32,000 nt of DNA, from NCBI GenBank assembly GCA_004212075.1, contig RXIF01000003.1, positions 16,073 to 48,072 of the forward strand, read 5' to 3'. The position numbers were made by a program, and so were the translations under genes. Under the pieces are notes generated by a model, which was not told the DNA's origin, made no database searches, and saw only the letters and a list, made by a program, of their open reading frames with translations. Below are positions 18,476 to 28,548 of this stretch, one piece after another. The stretch is from Candidatus Methanoliparum thermophilum. Its GTDB lineage: Archaea > Halobacteriota > Methanoliparia > Methanoliparales > Methanoliparaceae. The number at the start of each line of letters is the position of its first letter. Positions within the stretch are counted from its first letter, which is position 1.

Positions 18476-19736
18476 AGAAGATTTAGACTGGTTTCTTTCA
18501 TTAAATAAGTTTGGGACTAAATTAGGATTAGAACGGATAGAAAGATTGTTAAAATGTCTTGGTAATCCTGAAAAGAGTTACAAGATAATACATGTTGGAG
18601 GTACAAACGGAAAAGGGTCTACCTGTACTTATATAGGATCTATCCTCAAAGAGGCAGGATATAAGACAGGAATATATACCTCTCCTGATTTAGGTAGAAG
18701 GGAAGAAAGATTCTCTGTCGATGGTGAATATATCAAGCGGGATGAATTTTTAAGTTTGATACGAGAGGTAAGACCTTATGCAGAAGAGATTAATGCAACA
18801 ATATTCGAGGTTGAGACGGCTATTGCATTAAGCTATTTTCAATTTAAAAGAGTTGATTTTGCTATTTTAGAGGTAGGTCTTGGTGGTAGATTGGATGCTA
18901 CAAATGTGGTACTACCTGTAGTCTCGGTAATAACGAACGTTTCTAAAGATCATACCAACATTCTGGGTGATAAAATAGAGGATATAGCCTACGAAAAGGC
19001 AGGTATTATAAAAAAAGGTGTTCCTATCGTTACAGGATGCACAGGAAAGGCTTTATCGGTTGTAGAGAGAGTAGCATCTGAAAAAGGCGCTCAAGTAGTG
19101 AAGAGAGCAAAATATAAAAGGATATCATTAAACAAAGACTATCAGACCTTCTTAATCGATAACTATATATTGAATACAAGACTAATGGGTAGATACCAAG
19201 GAGAAAACTTATCCGTGGTAATAGCTGTTATCAATTGTTTAAGAGATTTGGGATATAACATCTCTGATAAAAATATATTGGAAGGAGTTTTTAAATCTGA
19301 TATAAAAGGAAGAATGGAGTTTATTGAGGATAATATCATTCTTGATGGAGCACATAATGTAAAAGGAATAGAATATCTGTTTAAATCTTTAAGAGATTAT
19401 AGATACGATAAGCTTATTCTGGTTATAGGGATATTGGGAGATAAAGATATAGACGGTATGATTGAGAGGATGAAAGCAGATTTAGCGATAATAACACGAT
19501 CAAAAAATCCGAGAAGCGAGAATCCTAAAGATCTATCAAAAAAATTTAAAAACATTCATAAGGATACAAGATTGTTTGTTATGGAAGACCTTAAGAATGC
19601 AATATATATGGCAAAAAAAATTGCGTCTAAAAGGGATATTATATGTATTACAGGATCGCTTTATCTGGTAGGAGAGGCGAGAGAGATATTGATACAGAGA
19701 CGAACCAAGGATACTCTCTTGTCTATAAACGGTTAA
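18465..19736 (+). CDS. folC: folylpolyglutamate synthase/dihydrofolate synthase
   Basis: Mur-ligase P-loop HVGGTNGKGST and DGAHN. Start chosen at ATG 18465 (MDIREDL); the ORF-track start 18444 lies deeper inside purN. Confidence 0.88.
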   Translation: MDIREDLDWFLSLNKFGTKLGLERIERLLKCLGNPEKSYKIIHVGGTNGKGSTCTYIGSILKEAGYKTGIYTSPDLGRREERFSVDGEYIKRDEFLSLIREVRPYAEEINATIFEVETAIALSYFQFKRVDFAILEVGLGGRLDATNVVLPVVSVITNVSKDHTNILGDKIEDIAYEKAGIIKKGVPIVTGCTGKALSVVERVASEKGAQVVKRAKYKRISLNKDYQTFLIDNYILNTRLMGRYQGENLSVVIAVINCLRDLGYNISDKNILEGVFKSDIKGRMEFIEDNIILDGAHNVKGIEYLFKSLRDYRYDKLILVIGILGDKDIDGMIERMKADLAIITRSKNPRSENPKDLSKKFKNIHKDTRLFVMEDLKNAIYMAKKIASKRDIICITGSLYLVGEAREILIQRRTKDTLLSING

Positions 19737-20587
19737 TGAGGACTTTAGATATCTGTTCGCATGAAAATCACGAAAGGAGCAAGACCGCTATTATGGGAGT
19801 ATTGAATGTGACACCAGACTCGTTTTATGATGGAGGAAGATTTTTCAATGTCGATCTGGCTGTTATGCATGGTTTGGAACTCATCGATGCAGGTGCAGAT
19901 ATATTGGATATTGGTGGAGAATCTACCCGCCCAGGATCGATACCTATAGATGCAAAAGAAGAGATCGATCGGGTTATTCCTGTTATAAAGATTCTTGGTG
20001 AGATAACAGATATACCGATCTCTATCGATACTTATAAGAGCGAGGTTGCCGAGACAGCGATAAAATACGGTGCAACGATGATAAACGATATAAGTGCTCT
20101 TCGTTTTGATGAAGATATGGGAGATATCGCGGCAGAATACGACCTTCCAATATCTCTAATGCATATGCAAGGAATACCGAGAGATATGCAGGTAAATCCA
20201 CAGTATAGAGATATTATGCAGGAGATAATCTATTTTTTTAAAGAAAGAATGGATTTTGCAATTGAAAAAGGAATATCTGAAGATAAGATTATCATAGACC
20301 CCGGAATAGGTTTTGGAAAGAGAACTGGGGATGGAATAGAAGATAACTGTACCATTCTCAAGAGATTAAGAGAGCTTAAATCTTTGAATAAGCCTATATT
20401 GGTTGGTACATCCAGAAAAACGTTTATCAGCAATATATGCAATGAATCATCACCTGAAGATCGGTTAATAGGCAGTCTTGCCACAGTAGCAATAGCAGTG
20501 GCGAATGGGGCTGACATAGTGAGAGTTCATGATGTAAGAGAGACGAAAGACGTTGTCGATGTGGTATCCAACATCTGTCGAAGATAG
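19736..20587 (+). CDS. folP: dihydropteroate synthase
   Basis: IMGVLNVTPDSFYDGG, DIGGESTRPG and VHDV. Start at ATG 19736 overlaps the folC stop (TAATG). Confidence 0.9.
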   Translation: MRTLDICSHENHERSKTAIMGVLNVTPDSFYDGGRFFNVDLAVMHGLELIDAGADILDIGGESTRPGSIPIDAKEEIDRVIPVIKILGEITDIPISIDTYKSEVAETAIKYGATMINDISALRFDEDMGDIAAEYDLPISLMHMQGIPRDMQVNPQYRDIMQEIIYFFKERMDFAIEKGISEDKIIIDPGIGFGKRTGDGIEDNCTILKRLRELKSLNKPILVGTSRKTFISNICNESSPEDRLIGSLATVAIAVANGADIVRVHDVRETKDVVDVVSNICRR

Positions 20588-20595
20588 TGGAGATC

Positions 20596-21576
20596 ATGAA
20601 TATTGTTTTAGGGATAGAAGGGACTGCATGGAATTTGAGTGCAGCCATCGTCGAGGAAGATAAAATCTTATCCGAGTATAGTCTACCATATCAACCTGTA
20701 GGGGGTGGGATTCATCCAAGAGATGCTGCTCAAAGCCATGCTACTAACATCAAGAAGGTAATCTCTACCGTGTTAGATAAGGCAGATATCGACCCAAAAA
20801 ATATAAACGGTGTTGCTTTCTCTATAGGACCTGGAATGGGACCTTGTTTAAGAACTGTTGCCACAGCGGCAAGAGCGTTGTCTTTACTATTAGATATTCC
20901 TTTAATCGGTGTAAATCATTGTATAGCCCATATAGAGATTGGAAAATGGCTTACCGGTGCAAAAAATCCGTTGATACTCTATGTGAGTGGGGCTAACTCC
21001 CAAGTTATTGGACTTAGAGGCAGACGATATAATATCTATGGTGAGACTTTAGATATTGGTATAGGTAACGCCATAGATAAATTTTCAAGAGCCTTCAATA
21101 TAAGACATCCTGGTGGCCCAAAGATAGAAGAATTGGCTAAAAAAGGAGAAAGGTATATAAAACTGCCTTATGTCGTTAAAGGAATGGATTTTTCGTTTTC
21201 AGGTCTTGTAACCGCTGCTATAAATGCCGTTAATAGAGAGGAATTTTCGATCTATGATGTCTCATTTAGTTTGCAAGAGAACGCATTTTCTATGCTTGTA
21301 GAGGTTACGGAGAGAGCCCTTGCGTATACCGATACACATGAACTTTTATTAACCGGTGGCGTTGGGGCAAATTCTCGGTTGAGAGAGATGTTAAAGATCA
21401 TGTGCGAAGATAGAGATGTGAAATTTTTTGCTCCAGATAAGAAGTATATGGGAGATAATGGAGTAATGATCGCTTATACTGGTCTTTTAATGTTAAAAAG
21501 CGGTATTACAATAAAAGTAGAAGATTCCACGGTCAGACCTAATTTTAGACCTGATGAGGTTGAGATAAAGTGGTAA
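20596..21576 (+). CDS. kae1: tRNA N6-adenosine threonylcarbamoyltransferase Kae1
   Basis: GIEGTAWN, the metal site NHCIAHIE and GGVGANSRLR. ATG at 20596; GTG at 20587 is an alternative. Confidence 0.92.
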   Translation: MNIVLGIEGTAWNLSAAIVEEDKILSEYSLPYQPVGGGIHPRDAAQSHATNIKKVISTVLDKADIDPKNINGVAFSIGPGMGPCLRTVATAARALSLLLDIPLIGVNHCIAHIEIGKWLTGAKNPLILYVSGANSQVIGLRGRRYNIYGETLDIGIGNAIDKFSRAFNIRHPGGPKIEELAKKGERYIKLPYVVKGMDFSFSGLVTAAINAVNREEFSIYDVSFSLQENAFSMLVEVTERALAYTDTHELLLTGGVGANSRLREMLKIMCEDRDVKFFAPDKKYMGDNGVMIAYTGLLMLKSGITIKVEDSTVRPNFRPDEVEIKW

Positions 21577-22154
21577 TAAAGGGTGCCGAGGCAGATGTAG
21601 AATTTGATGAAGATAACGGTATAGTCATTAAAAAACGTCTTCCTAAACGATATAGGATAAAACAACTCGATGATATCATAAGGCGAGAGCGAACAAAGAT
21701 AGAGGCAAAAATAATGGCAGACGCTCGAAAAGTAGGAGTTCCCACACCTATAATACTTGATATAACCTATGATACGATAAAGATGGAACTTATCAATGGA
21801 GTTACTCTCAAAGAGGTGATAGATGAAAGGCTTATAGAGAGGGTTGGTGAACATGTTGGCAAGATGCACAAGAGAGGGATCGTACATGGTGATCTTACAA
21901 CAGCAAACATGATCTATTCCTCAGAAGAGGACGTGATATACCTGATAGATTTTGGACTGTCAAGATACGATGAAGAGATGGAAGGGCGTGGAGTAGATAT
22001 CCATGTCCTATTTCAAATGTTGCATATCTATGATAATTATGATAAACTCGAAGAGTCTTTTATTAAAGGGTATAAAAAAGTCTTTGATAAGGCAGAGGAA
22101 GTACTCGATAGAGTAAAAAAGATAGAAAAAAGAGGCAGATATAAGCATGAGTAG
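21570..22154 (+). CDS. bud32: KEOPS Bud32 kinase (Kae1-associated, unfused)
   Basis: 194 aa. IKGAEADV, HGDLTTANMI and LIDFGLS. GTG start overlaps the kae1 stop by 7 nt. Confidence 0.88.
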   Translation: MVIKGAEADVEFDEDNGIVIKKRLPKRYRIKQLDDIIRRERTKIEAKIMADARKVGVPTPIILDITYDTIKMELINGVTLKEVIDERLIERVGEHVGKMHKRGIVHGDLTTANMIYSSEEDVIYLIDFGLSRYDEEMEGRGVDIHVLFQMLHIYDNYDKLEESFIKGYKKVFDKAEEVLDRVKKIEKRGRYKHE

Positions 22155-22707
22155 ATTACGGTTTGCTACATCTAACAAGGGAAAATTCTACGAGGTTAAA
22201 GATCTATTAAGCGAGTATGATATAGAGATGTTTAACGTGGGTTATCCAGAGATACAAGCATCCGATTTGGAGGATGTGGCATACTATGGGATAACGTATC
22301 TCTGGAATAATTATGGAGGGGATATCTTTTTAGAAGATTCTGGTCTATTTATACATAAATTAAATGGATTTCCTGGAGTTTTCTCCTCTTACGTCCACGA
22401 TACAATAGGAAATAAAGGAATTCTAAGATTGTTATCCGGTGAAAAAGACAGAAGAGCTTATTTTAAATCGGTTATATCTTATTGTAACAAGAAAGGAGAT
22501 ATAAAATTATTCAGTGGAAGAGTAGATGGATTTATATTCCATGAAGAGAGGGGGAAGAATGGGTTTGGTTTCGATCCAATATTTTTATATAATGGAAGGA
22601 CGTTTGGAGAGATACCACTCGATGATAAGAATAAAAAATCACATAGAGGATCTGCTGTGAGTGAATTTAAAAAATTTTTAGAGAATAATTTTAAAGAGGT
22701 GTTATAA
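22147..22707 (+). CDS. rdgB: non-canonical purine NTP pyrophosphatase (HAM1/RdgB)
   Basis: 186 aa. FATSNKGK, DSGLFI and GFGFDPIF. Confidence 0.9.
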   Translation: MSRLRFATSNKGKFYEVKDLLSEYDIEMFNVGYPEIQASDLEDVAYYGITYLWNNYGGDIFLEDSGLFIHKLNGFPGVFSSYVHDTIGNKGILRLLSGEKDRRAYFKSVISYCNKKGDIKLFSGRVDGFIFHEERGKNGFGFDPIFLYNGRTFGEIPLDDKNKKSHRGSAVSEFKKFLENNFKEVL

Positions 22708-22709
22708 AA

Positions 22710-23168
22710 ATGGCAAGAATGTATGCACGGAGAAAGGGATCGGCTGGTTCTACACATCCATACAGAACAAGCGCTCCTGAATGGTCTTTAAGAGATAAAG
22801 AGGAGATCAAAGAGATTATATTAAATCTAGCATCGAAAGGATTGTCCACCTCAGAGATCGGTATGATCTTAAGAGATTCTTATGGCGTGCCAAGTACTAA
22901 ACTTATACTTAATAAAAAGATAAAAAAGGTTTTAAAAGAGGAAAATAAAGCTCCAAATATTCCTGAAGATTTAGAAAACCTTATAAAAAAGGCAATTAGA
23001 TTAAAAAAGCATTTGGATGCTAATGAGAAAGATTTACATAATAGACGCGCCTTGCAATTGACTGAATCTAAGATAAGACGACTTATGAGGTATTATAAAC
23101 GAGAGAAAGTTCTGCCAGAGACATGGGTTTACGATAGGGAGAAGGCAGAGATGATGGTCTCCAAGTAG
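22710..23168 (+). CDS. rps15: 30S ribosomal protein uS15 (S15P/S13e)
   Basis: 152 aa. MARMYARRKGSAGS N-terminus and LHNRRALQLTESKIRRL. Confidence 0.93.
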   Translation: MARMYARRKGSAGSTHPYRTSAPEWSLRDKEEIKEIILNLASKGLSTSEIGMILRDSYGVPSTKLILNKKIKKVLKEENKAPNIPEDLENLIKKAIRLKKHLDANEKDLHNRRALQLTESKIRRLMRYYKREKVLPETWVYDREKAEMMVSK

Positions 23169-23175
23169 GTTTTAA

Positions 23176-24534
23176 ATGTTAGCAAAAGATCTGGATAATG
23201 CAGTGGAGTTTATAAAACTGGCTGAGAGGATACGTATCTTTTCTCATAACGATGCTGATGGTATATCTGCTGCAGGGATACTATGCAACGCTCTTTTAAG
23301 AAAAAATAAACGGTGTCAGATTACAATAATTAAATCTTTCGATAAAAATATCTTAAACGGCGTTTCAAAAGACGAGTTAGTAGTTTTCTGTGATATGGGA
23401 AGCAACGATATTGAAGATATTTCATCAACCGGTTTGAAGGCTGTTATCCTGGATCATCATATCTTCGATAAGAAAGACGATTACGATAACATAGTTCATA
23501 TAAATCCCTATTTTTATGGTATAGATGGAAGTAAAGAGTTATCTGCATCGGGTGTCTCTTATTTTCTATCTAAAAAATTAGGTAAAAATGAGGATTTGTC
23601 ATATCTTGCGATTGTAGGAGCTATTGGAGATAAACAAGACTTAGAAAAGGCAAACGAGATTATCTTGAACGAGGCATTAAAACACAACCTTATCGAGAAG
23701 AGGAGAAACATCAAGCTTAGTGGAGAAGATCTTTTAACCGGACTGGTTCATTCTATCGATCCTTATTTTGACTTTTCAGGTGATGAGACTGGTGTTAAAT
23801 CTTTTTTGGATCGATTAAATATAAAACACGATAAAAAAATTTATAATCTATCCGAGGAAGAGATAGAGCTCTTATTTAAGTCCTTGATTAAGATGTTGCC
23901 GGATAATCTGCCTGATGAGGTTAAAAATTGCATTGTTGGAGATGCTTTCTTTATGACGGATGGACATATCAAAAATCTTTTATTCCTGGTGGATATTTTA
24001 AACTCTTGCGGAAAGATGGGTAAATCAGGATTAGCTTTATCTTTATGCTTGAAAGGGAAATATAAATCTAAAGATGAAACTATCATACCATACCATAATT
24101 CAGAAGAGTTTTTAAATAATTTAAAAGAGGCGGAAAGATATACATCAGATTTTAAAATTAGCGTTATAAAAGAGGTCAAAAACGCCGAGACGAGATTAAA
24201 AAAGAGAAAAAATTTGCAATATATCGAGATAGATAAGGAAGGGATAACTGGAGAAGTTGCAAGCACTATTATAAGGTATATCTCTCCAGATTTACCTATT
24301 TTTGTTATTAATAAAGCAAACGGCGATGGTGAGATAAAGATATCTACCAGAGGGACAAGATCTCTGGTTAAAAAAGGGGTCGACCTGGCAAAAGTAACGA
24401 AAATATCAGCCAAAAAAGTTGGTGGACGTGGCGGCGGGCATAATATTGCATCCGGGGCAAGTATTCCTTTGGATAAAGAAGATCTGTTTTTGGACATTGC
24501 TGACGATATTATAAAAAGGCAGATGGGCTTGTAG
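23176..24534 (+). CDS. DHH/DHHA1 phosphoesterase, archaeal RecJ/GAN (Cdc45-like) family
   Basis: 452 aa. SHNDADGISAA, DHH (ILDHHI) and the DHHA1 motif GGRGGGHNIASGA. Conserved rps15-adjacent position in Euryarchaeota. Confidence 0.8.
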   Translation: MLAKDLDNAVEFIKLAERIRIFSHNDADGISAAGILCNALLRKNKRCQITIIKSFDKNILNGVSKDELVVFCDMGSNDIEDISSTGLKAVILDHHIFDKKDDYDNIVHINPYFYGIDGSKELSASGVSYFLSKKLGKNEDLSYLAIVGAIGDKQDLEKANEIILNEALKHNLIEKRRNIKLSGEDLLTGLVHSIDPYFDFSGDETGVKSFLDRLNIKHDKKIYNLSEEEIELLFKSLIKMLPDNLPDEVKNCIVGDAFFMTDGHIKNLLFLVDILNSCGKMGKSGLALSLCLKGKYKSKDETIIPYHNSEEFLNNLKEAERYTSDFKISVIKEVKNAETRLKKRKNLQYIEIDKEGITGEVASTIIRYISPDLPIFVINKANGDGEIKISTRGTRSLVKKGVDLAKVTKISAKKVGGRGGGHNIASGASIPLDKEDLFLDIADDIIKRQMGL

Positions 24535-24535
24535 T

Positions 24536-24763
24536 ATGAAGATTAAAGGAAGAATTTATATACGAGATAAGTATTCATCCCTCATTGATAAGGCGATATC
24601 TCCGGATAACATACCCAGCATCAAGAGATATATAGACGATGAAGGATTAGAGATCTCGGTTGATTCTTCCAGTATCGGATCTCTCTTACTTACTTTAGAT
24701 GATCTATTGATAAACATAAAGGTTACAATGGATATATATAACATTCTCGATACTAAAATATGA
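24536..24763 (+). CDS. KEOPS Pcc1-like subunit (tentative)
   Basis: 75 aa. Size and pattern (...AISPDN...L.ISVDSSSIGSLLLTLDDLLINIKV) resemble the Pcc1/CTAG family. It lies near kae1/bud32. Confidence 0.5.
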   Translation: MKIKGRIYIRDKYSSLIDKAISPDNIPSIKRYIDDEGLEISVDSSSIGSLLLTLDDLLINIKVTMDIYNILDTKI

Positions 24764-24779
24764 AAAATGGGATTTTAAG

Positions 24780-26330
24780 ATGAACGATTTAGAGTTTCAT
24801 TTGAAAGGGACAATTAAAACGAATAGAAATGTAGAACATGCAAAAGAGGATATATATAATCTTATAAAAGAGGCAAACGAGAGTTTGTTGGTGAAAGGTG
24901 CACCAAAGGGCAAAGGTGCAAAAGTATCGAATATCAACGTCTCGAACGATAGGATCTCGTTAGAAATTTTTTCAGATAGATATGTACGGGCGCATGATGC
25001 ACTCATACGACTTTACAATCCATTGAGAGAGTTGCTCGGAAAAAAATATCAGATAGGACTTAGAGGGATAAGCACCGAGTATTACTGTATTAAACTCGAT
25101 AAAAATGTAGATTTAGATGATATAAAGATTGTTCTCAATGATATACCCGAGATCAAGGATGTTAACAATAATGAAGGAAAAATAGAGATTTATCTTAAAG
25201 AGCTCTCTGAGAGCGATCTTAGGTCTCATTCTATCGATAGAATAATAGGACTATTAAAAGATGAATCGCTTAAAACTGATAAAGATTATCTGGTTTATAA
25301 GATTGCAAAGATCGAGCCTGGAACAATCCTTTACAGATGTAAGAATAGGGTAAAACTGGCTTTAGATAGGGATCCAACCGAGATAGCAGAAGAAATCGGT
25401 TGGATTAAACGATTTCCAGGAAAAGGACAATGGATATATCTGCCACCGTATGCCAAGTTGTTTCGAGCGATATCAGATATAATAGTCGAAGAGGTGCCTG
25501 AAAAATTAGGTTTTTCGGAAGCGTTATTTCCAAAATTGATACCTCTCGAGATTATGAAGAAGATGAGGTATCTGGAAGGATTGCCTGAAGGGATGTATTA
25601 TGTATCCCCGCCGAAAAGGGATCCTAATATCTATGAACGATTCAAGAAAGAACTGGCTATCAGAGATGAGATACCTATTGAGATATTAAAAGAGGGGCTT
25701 AAAGATCCGTCTTATGTCTTAGCACCCGCACAATGCGAACCTTTTTATCAAATATTCTCACACGAGATGGTAGATCTTGATGAACTACCGATAAAGATGT
25801 TTGATCGATCTGGGTTTACGTATAGATGGGAAGGCGGAGCTACAAAAGGGTTGGATAGAGTAAACGAGTTTCAAAGGATCGAGATGGTCTTTTTAGGTAC
25901 GTTAGATCAAGTTAAGGAGATCGCAGATGATTGTCTTAAGGCATATATGGATGTTATGGATTTGATGGGATTGAATTGGCATGTAGAGGTTGGTGACGAT
26001 CCATTTTATTTAGAAGGGTTGAGAGAGGAGAAAAGAGATATAGAGTATCCAGAGATCCCTAAATTTGAGGTTCGAGTGGAGACTGTTGGAGGAAGGACGG
26101 TATCTATCGGATCTGTAAACATACATGGTACGCATTTTGTTACAGGTTTCTCTATCCGCTCACCAAAGCCTATATGGACAGGTTGTATAGGGCTTGGCAT
26201 ATCAAGGTGGGTAGCTGTATTCTTGTCTCATTATGGGTTTGATATTGAAAAATGGCCCTCTATAATTAAAGAGAGGGTTAGAGAATTACCTAAAGTTCCA
26301 AAAACATTAGAATGGCCTAAAAAGAGGTGA
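24780..26330 (+). CDS. serS: serine--tRNA ligase, type 2 (methanogen type)
   Basis: 516 aa. The N-terminal domain pattern (LVKGAPKGKGAKV...RYVRAHDALIRL...GKKYQIGLRGI) matches my recollection of methanogen-type SerRS. Putative zinc ligand contexts are APAQCEPF and TGCIGLGISRW. Confidence 0.72.
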   Translation: MNDLEFHLKGTIKTNRNVEHAKEDIYNLIKEANESLLVKGAPKGKGAKVSNINVSNDRISLEIFSDRYVRAHDALIRLYNPLRELLGKKYQIGLRGISTEYYCIKLDKNVDLDDIKIVLNDIPEIKDVNNNEGKIEIYLKELSESDLRSHSIDRIIGLLKDESLKTDKDYLVYKIAKIEPGTILYRCKNRVKLALDRDPTEIAEEIGWIKRFPGKGQWIYLPPYAKLFRAISDIIVEEVPEKLGFSEALFPKLIPLEIMKKMRYLEGLPEGMYYVSPPKRDPNIYERFKKELAIRDEIPIEILKEGLKDPSYVLAPAQCEPFYQIFSHEMVDLDELPIKMFDRSGFTYRWEGGATKGLDRVNEFQRIEMVFLGTLDQVKEIADDCLKAYMDVMDLMGLNWHVEVGDDPFYLEGLREEKRDIEYPEIPKFEVRVETVGGRTVSIGSVNIHGTHFVTGFSIRSPKPIWTGCIGLGISRWVAVFLSHYGFDIEKWPSIIKERVRELPKVPKTLEWPKKR

Positions 26331-26334
26331 TATC

Positions 26335-26970
26335 ATGGCTAAAAAAGTTAGAAAATCTATCGATAAATGGAAACAAAAAAAGTGGTACACGTTAGTAGCT
26401 CCTGAAGCGTTCGGCAAGACCGAGCTGAAGGAGACTTTAGCAGACGATCAAACCAAACTTATAGGAAGAAAGGTTAAAATAACCTTGGCTGATATAATAA
26501 ATGATTGGAGCAAGCAGAATATTAAATTATTCTTTAAAATAGATAGAATTGAGGGAGATAAGGCTTATACTAGGTTTGATTCTCACGAATTAACCAGAGA
26601 TTATCTAAGAAGTCTTGTAAGGCGAAGGACATCTATAATAGCAAGTAATTTTGTGGTAACGACGAGTGATGGATATAAGATCAGGATAAAACCTTGTGCT
26701 TTTACATTAAAAAGGATACAAACAACAAAAAAGAAAAAAATTAGGTCGATCATGGAAAATATAACCGAAAACACCGCAAAAAAATTGGAATTCAATCAAT
26801 TTATCCAGGCAGTTGTTTTAGGAAAGCTTGCATCTGATATATATAAAGAGGCGAGATTTATATCTCCATTAAGACGAGTAGATATTGGAAAGACTCAGTT
26901 AATCTCTATGCCTATGGGTAATTTAAACCAAGACACATATTCAGAAGACGTTAAAGGTATAACCGTTTAA
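26335..26970 (+). CDS. rps3ae: 30S ribosomal protein eS1 (S3Ae)
   Basis: 211 aa. DKWKQKKWYTLVAPEAFG N-terminal hallmark. Confidence 0.92.
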   Translation: MAKKVRKSIDKWKQKKWYTLVAPEAFGKTELKETLADDQTKLIGRKVKITLADIINDWSKQNIKLFFKIDRIEGDKAYTRFDSHELTRDYLRSLVRRRTSIIASNFVVTTSDGYKIRIKPCAFTLKRIQTTKKKKIRSIMENITENTAKKLEFNQFIQAVVLGKLASDIYKEARFISPLRRVDIGKTQLISMPMGNLNQDTYSEDVKGITV

Positions 26971-26973
26971 TAT

Positions 26974-28176
26974 ATGAAGAAAAAGATACTGTTTATCGTT
27001 TTAGACGGTGCTGCCGATCGGCCTGTTTTAATCGATGGAGAAAAAAAGACGCCGTTTAGCGACGCTAATCTTAGGAATATAAACCAGATAGCAAGAGATG
27101 GCATAAACGGTATTATGGATGTAATATCTCCTGGAATACCTCCAGGATCAGATGTTGGGCATTTATCCCTTCTTGGATACGATCCTTATCGGATTTATAC
27201 CGGTCGTGGACCATTAGAGGCTATAGGTGCCGGAATAAGCGTTAAAAAAGGAGATTTAGCGTTTAGATGCAATTTTGCTACGTATAAAGATGGTATAATC
27301 TTAGATAGGCGGGCAGGAAGGATCAACGATACCGACGGGTTGGCAGAAGCTATAGAACAGAATGTAAAACTAAAGGTTGATTTTTTGTTTAAAAGATCGG
27401 CGGGTCATAGGGCTGCATTGGTTCTTAGAGGTGATGGATTGAGTTATAAAATTACAGACGTCGATCCTGGGAGTGATAATCTACCGTTAAAAAAGGCTGA
27501 ACCTTTGGATGAGACGGCAGAAAAAACAGCTGAGATTTTGAACGATTTTGTCGAGCAGAGCATCAAGATTTTATCCAACCATCCGATAAACGAGGAGAGA
27601 AAGAAGAGAGGACTGCCAATAGCAAACGTGATTCTTCCGCGTGGTGCTGGTATTGTGCCTGTTGTTGAAAAATTCGAAGAAAAATATGGATTAAAAGGTG
27701 CTGCAGTTGCCGCAACAGGATTGGTCATAGGCATATCGAGATTATGTGGGCTTGATTTTACTTATACGGAGGGTGCAACAGGAAGTATCGATACCAACAT
27801 AGATAACAAGGTGAAGAACGCACTTGAGTTACTGGACACCCATGATTTTGTACTGATGAATATAAAAGGTACCGATGAGGCAGGACACGATAGAGATTTT
27901 TTAAAAAAGAAAAGATTTTTAGAGAGGATAGACGCCGCATTCGAAAGGCTGGTTGGATTGAAGGACACGATTATCGTTATTACTTCGGATCATGCTACTC
28001 CTGTATCGGTAGGAGATCATACAGGCGATCCTGTGCCGATCTGTATATCTGGTGAAGGCGTGCGGGCTGATAAGGTAAAGAGGTTTAACGAGTTTGAATG
28101 TGCAAATGGTGGATTGGGCAGGATTAGAGGAAAAGATCTGATGCCCATCTTATTAAGGTATCAAGTTATCGATTAG
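26974..28176 (+). CDS. apgM: 2,3-bisphosphoglycerate-independent phosphoglycerate mutase, archaeal type
   Basis: 400 aa. ILFIVLDGAADRP, KGTDEAGHD and ITSDHATP. Confidence 0.9.
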   Translation: MKKKILFIVLDGAADRPVLIDGEKKTPFSDANLRNINQIARDGINGIMDVISPGIPPGSDVGHLSLLGYDPYRIYTGRGPLEAIGAGISVKKGDLAFRCNFATYKDGIILDRRAGRINDTDGLAEAIEQNVKLKVDFLFKRSAGHRAALVLRGDGLSYKITDVDPGSDNLPLKKAEPLDETAEKTAEILNDFVEQSIKILSNHPINEERKKRGLPIANVILPRGAGIVPVVEKFEEKYGLKGAAVAATGLVIGISRLCGLDFTYTEGATGSIDTNIDNKVKNALELLDTHDFVLMNIKGTDEAGHDRDFLKKKRFLERIDAAFERLVGLKDTIIVITSDHATPVSVGDHTGDPVPICISGEGVRADKVKRFNEFECANGGLGRIRGKDLMPILLRYQVID

Positions 28177-28542
28177 CTTCCAAGCCGCATCTAAAAACGC
28201 CTTTGTAGATCCATCAACGTACGCCGCGTTGACTTCAACAGGACCGAGGATAATCAAAACTATCTCTGTTATGTTGTGGGAAAGACTCTTCCAAAAAGAA
28301 CAAAAATTAGCAGTAAAGAAGCCGGCTAAAAATTCAGTAACTAAAGCGCCTATGGGGATAGTTATAACTTCTCCTAGTCCCACCGTCACCGGGATCGTCG
28401 GGAGCCCTAGTATGGCTCCTATGCCTCCTCCTGGTAACCATCCAAGCAAAAGAGCAAGAAGTTCAGTAACTAAACCGCCTATAATGCCTGGGAAACCCAA
28501 GAAGCAAGAACTACAGCCTATGATACATTTGAGAATGTCCAT
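28153..28542 (-). CDS. Gly-rich hydrophobic membrane protein, last gene of the small-peptide array
   Basis: 129 aa. N-terminus MDILKCIIGCSSCFLG resembles those of the upstream peptides. Glycine-zipper-like GGIGAILGLPTIPVTVGLG. The ATG lies 6 nt after the upstream stop. The 3' end overlaps the apgM 3' end convergently by 24 nt. Confidence 0.6.
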   Translation of the reverse strand: MDILKCIIGCSSCFLGFPGIIGGLVTELLALLLGWLPGGGIGAILGLPTIPVTVGLGEVITIPIGALVTEFLAGFFTANFCSFWKSLSHNITEIVLIILGPVEVNAAYVDGSTKAFLDAAWKLIDNLIP

Positions 28543-28548
28543 TTTTTA

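Noticed and set aside
24780-26330. O-phosphoseryl-tRNA synthetase (SepRS) as an alternative identity for the 516-aa class II synthetase
   Set aside because: The N-terminal domain pattern and the Cys/Glu/Cys zinc-site contexts fit my recollection of methanogen-type SerRS better. I see no PheRS-alpha-like features. This should still be confirmed by an HMM search.
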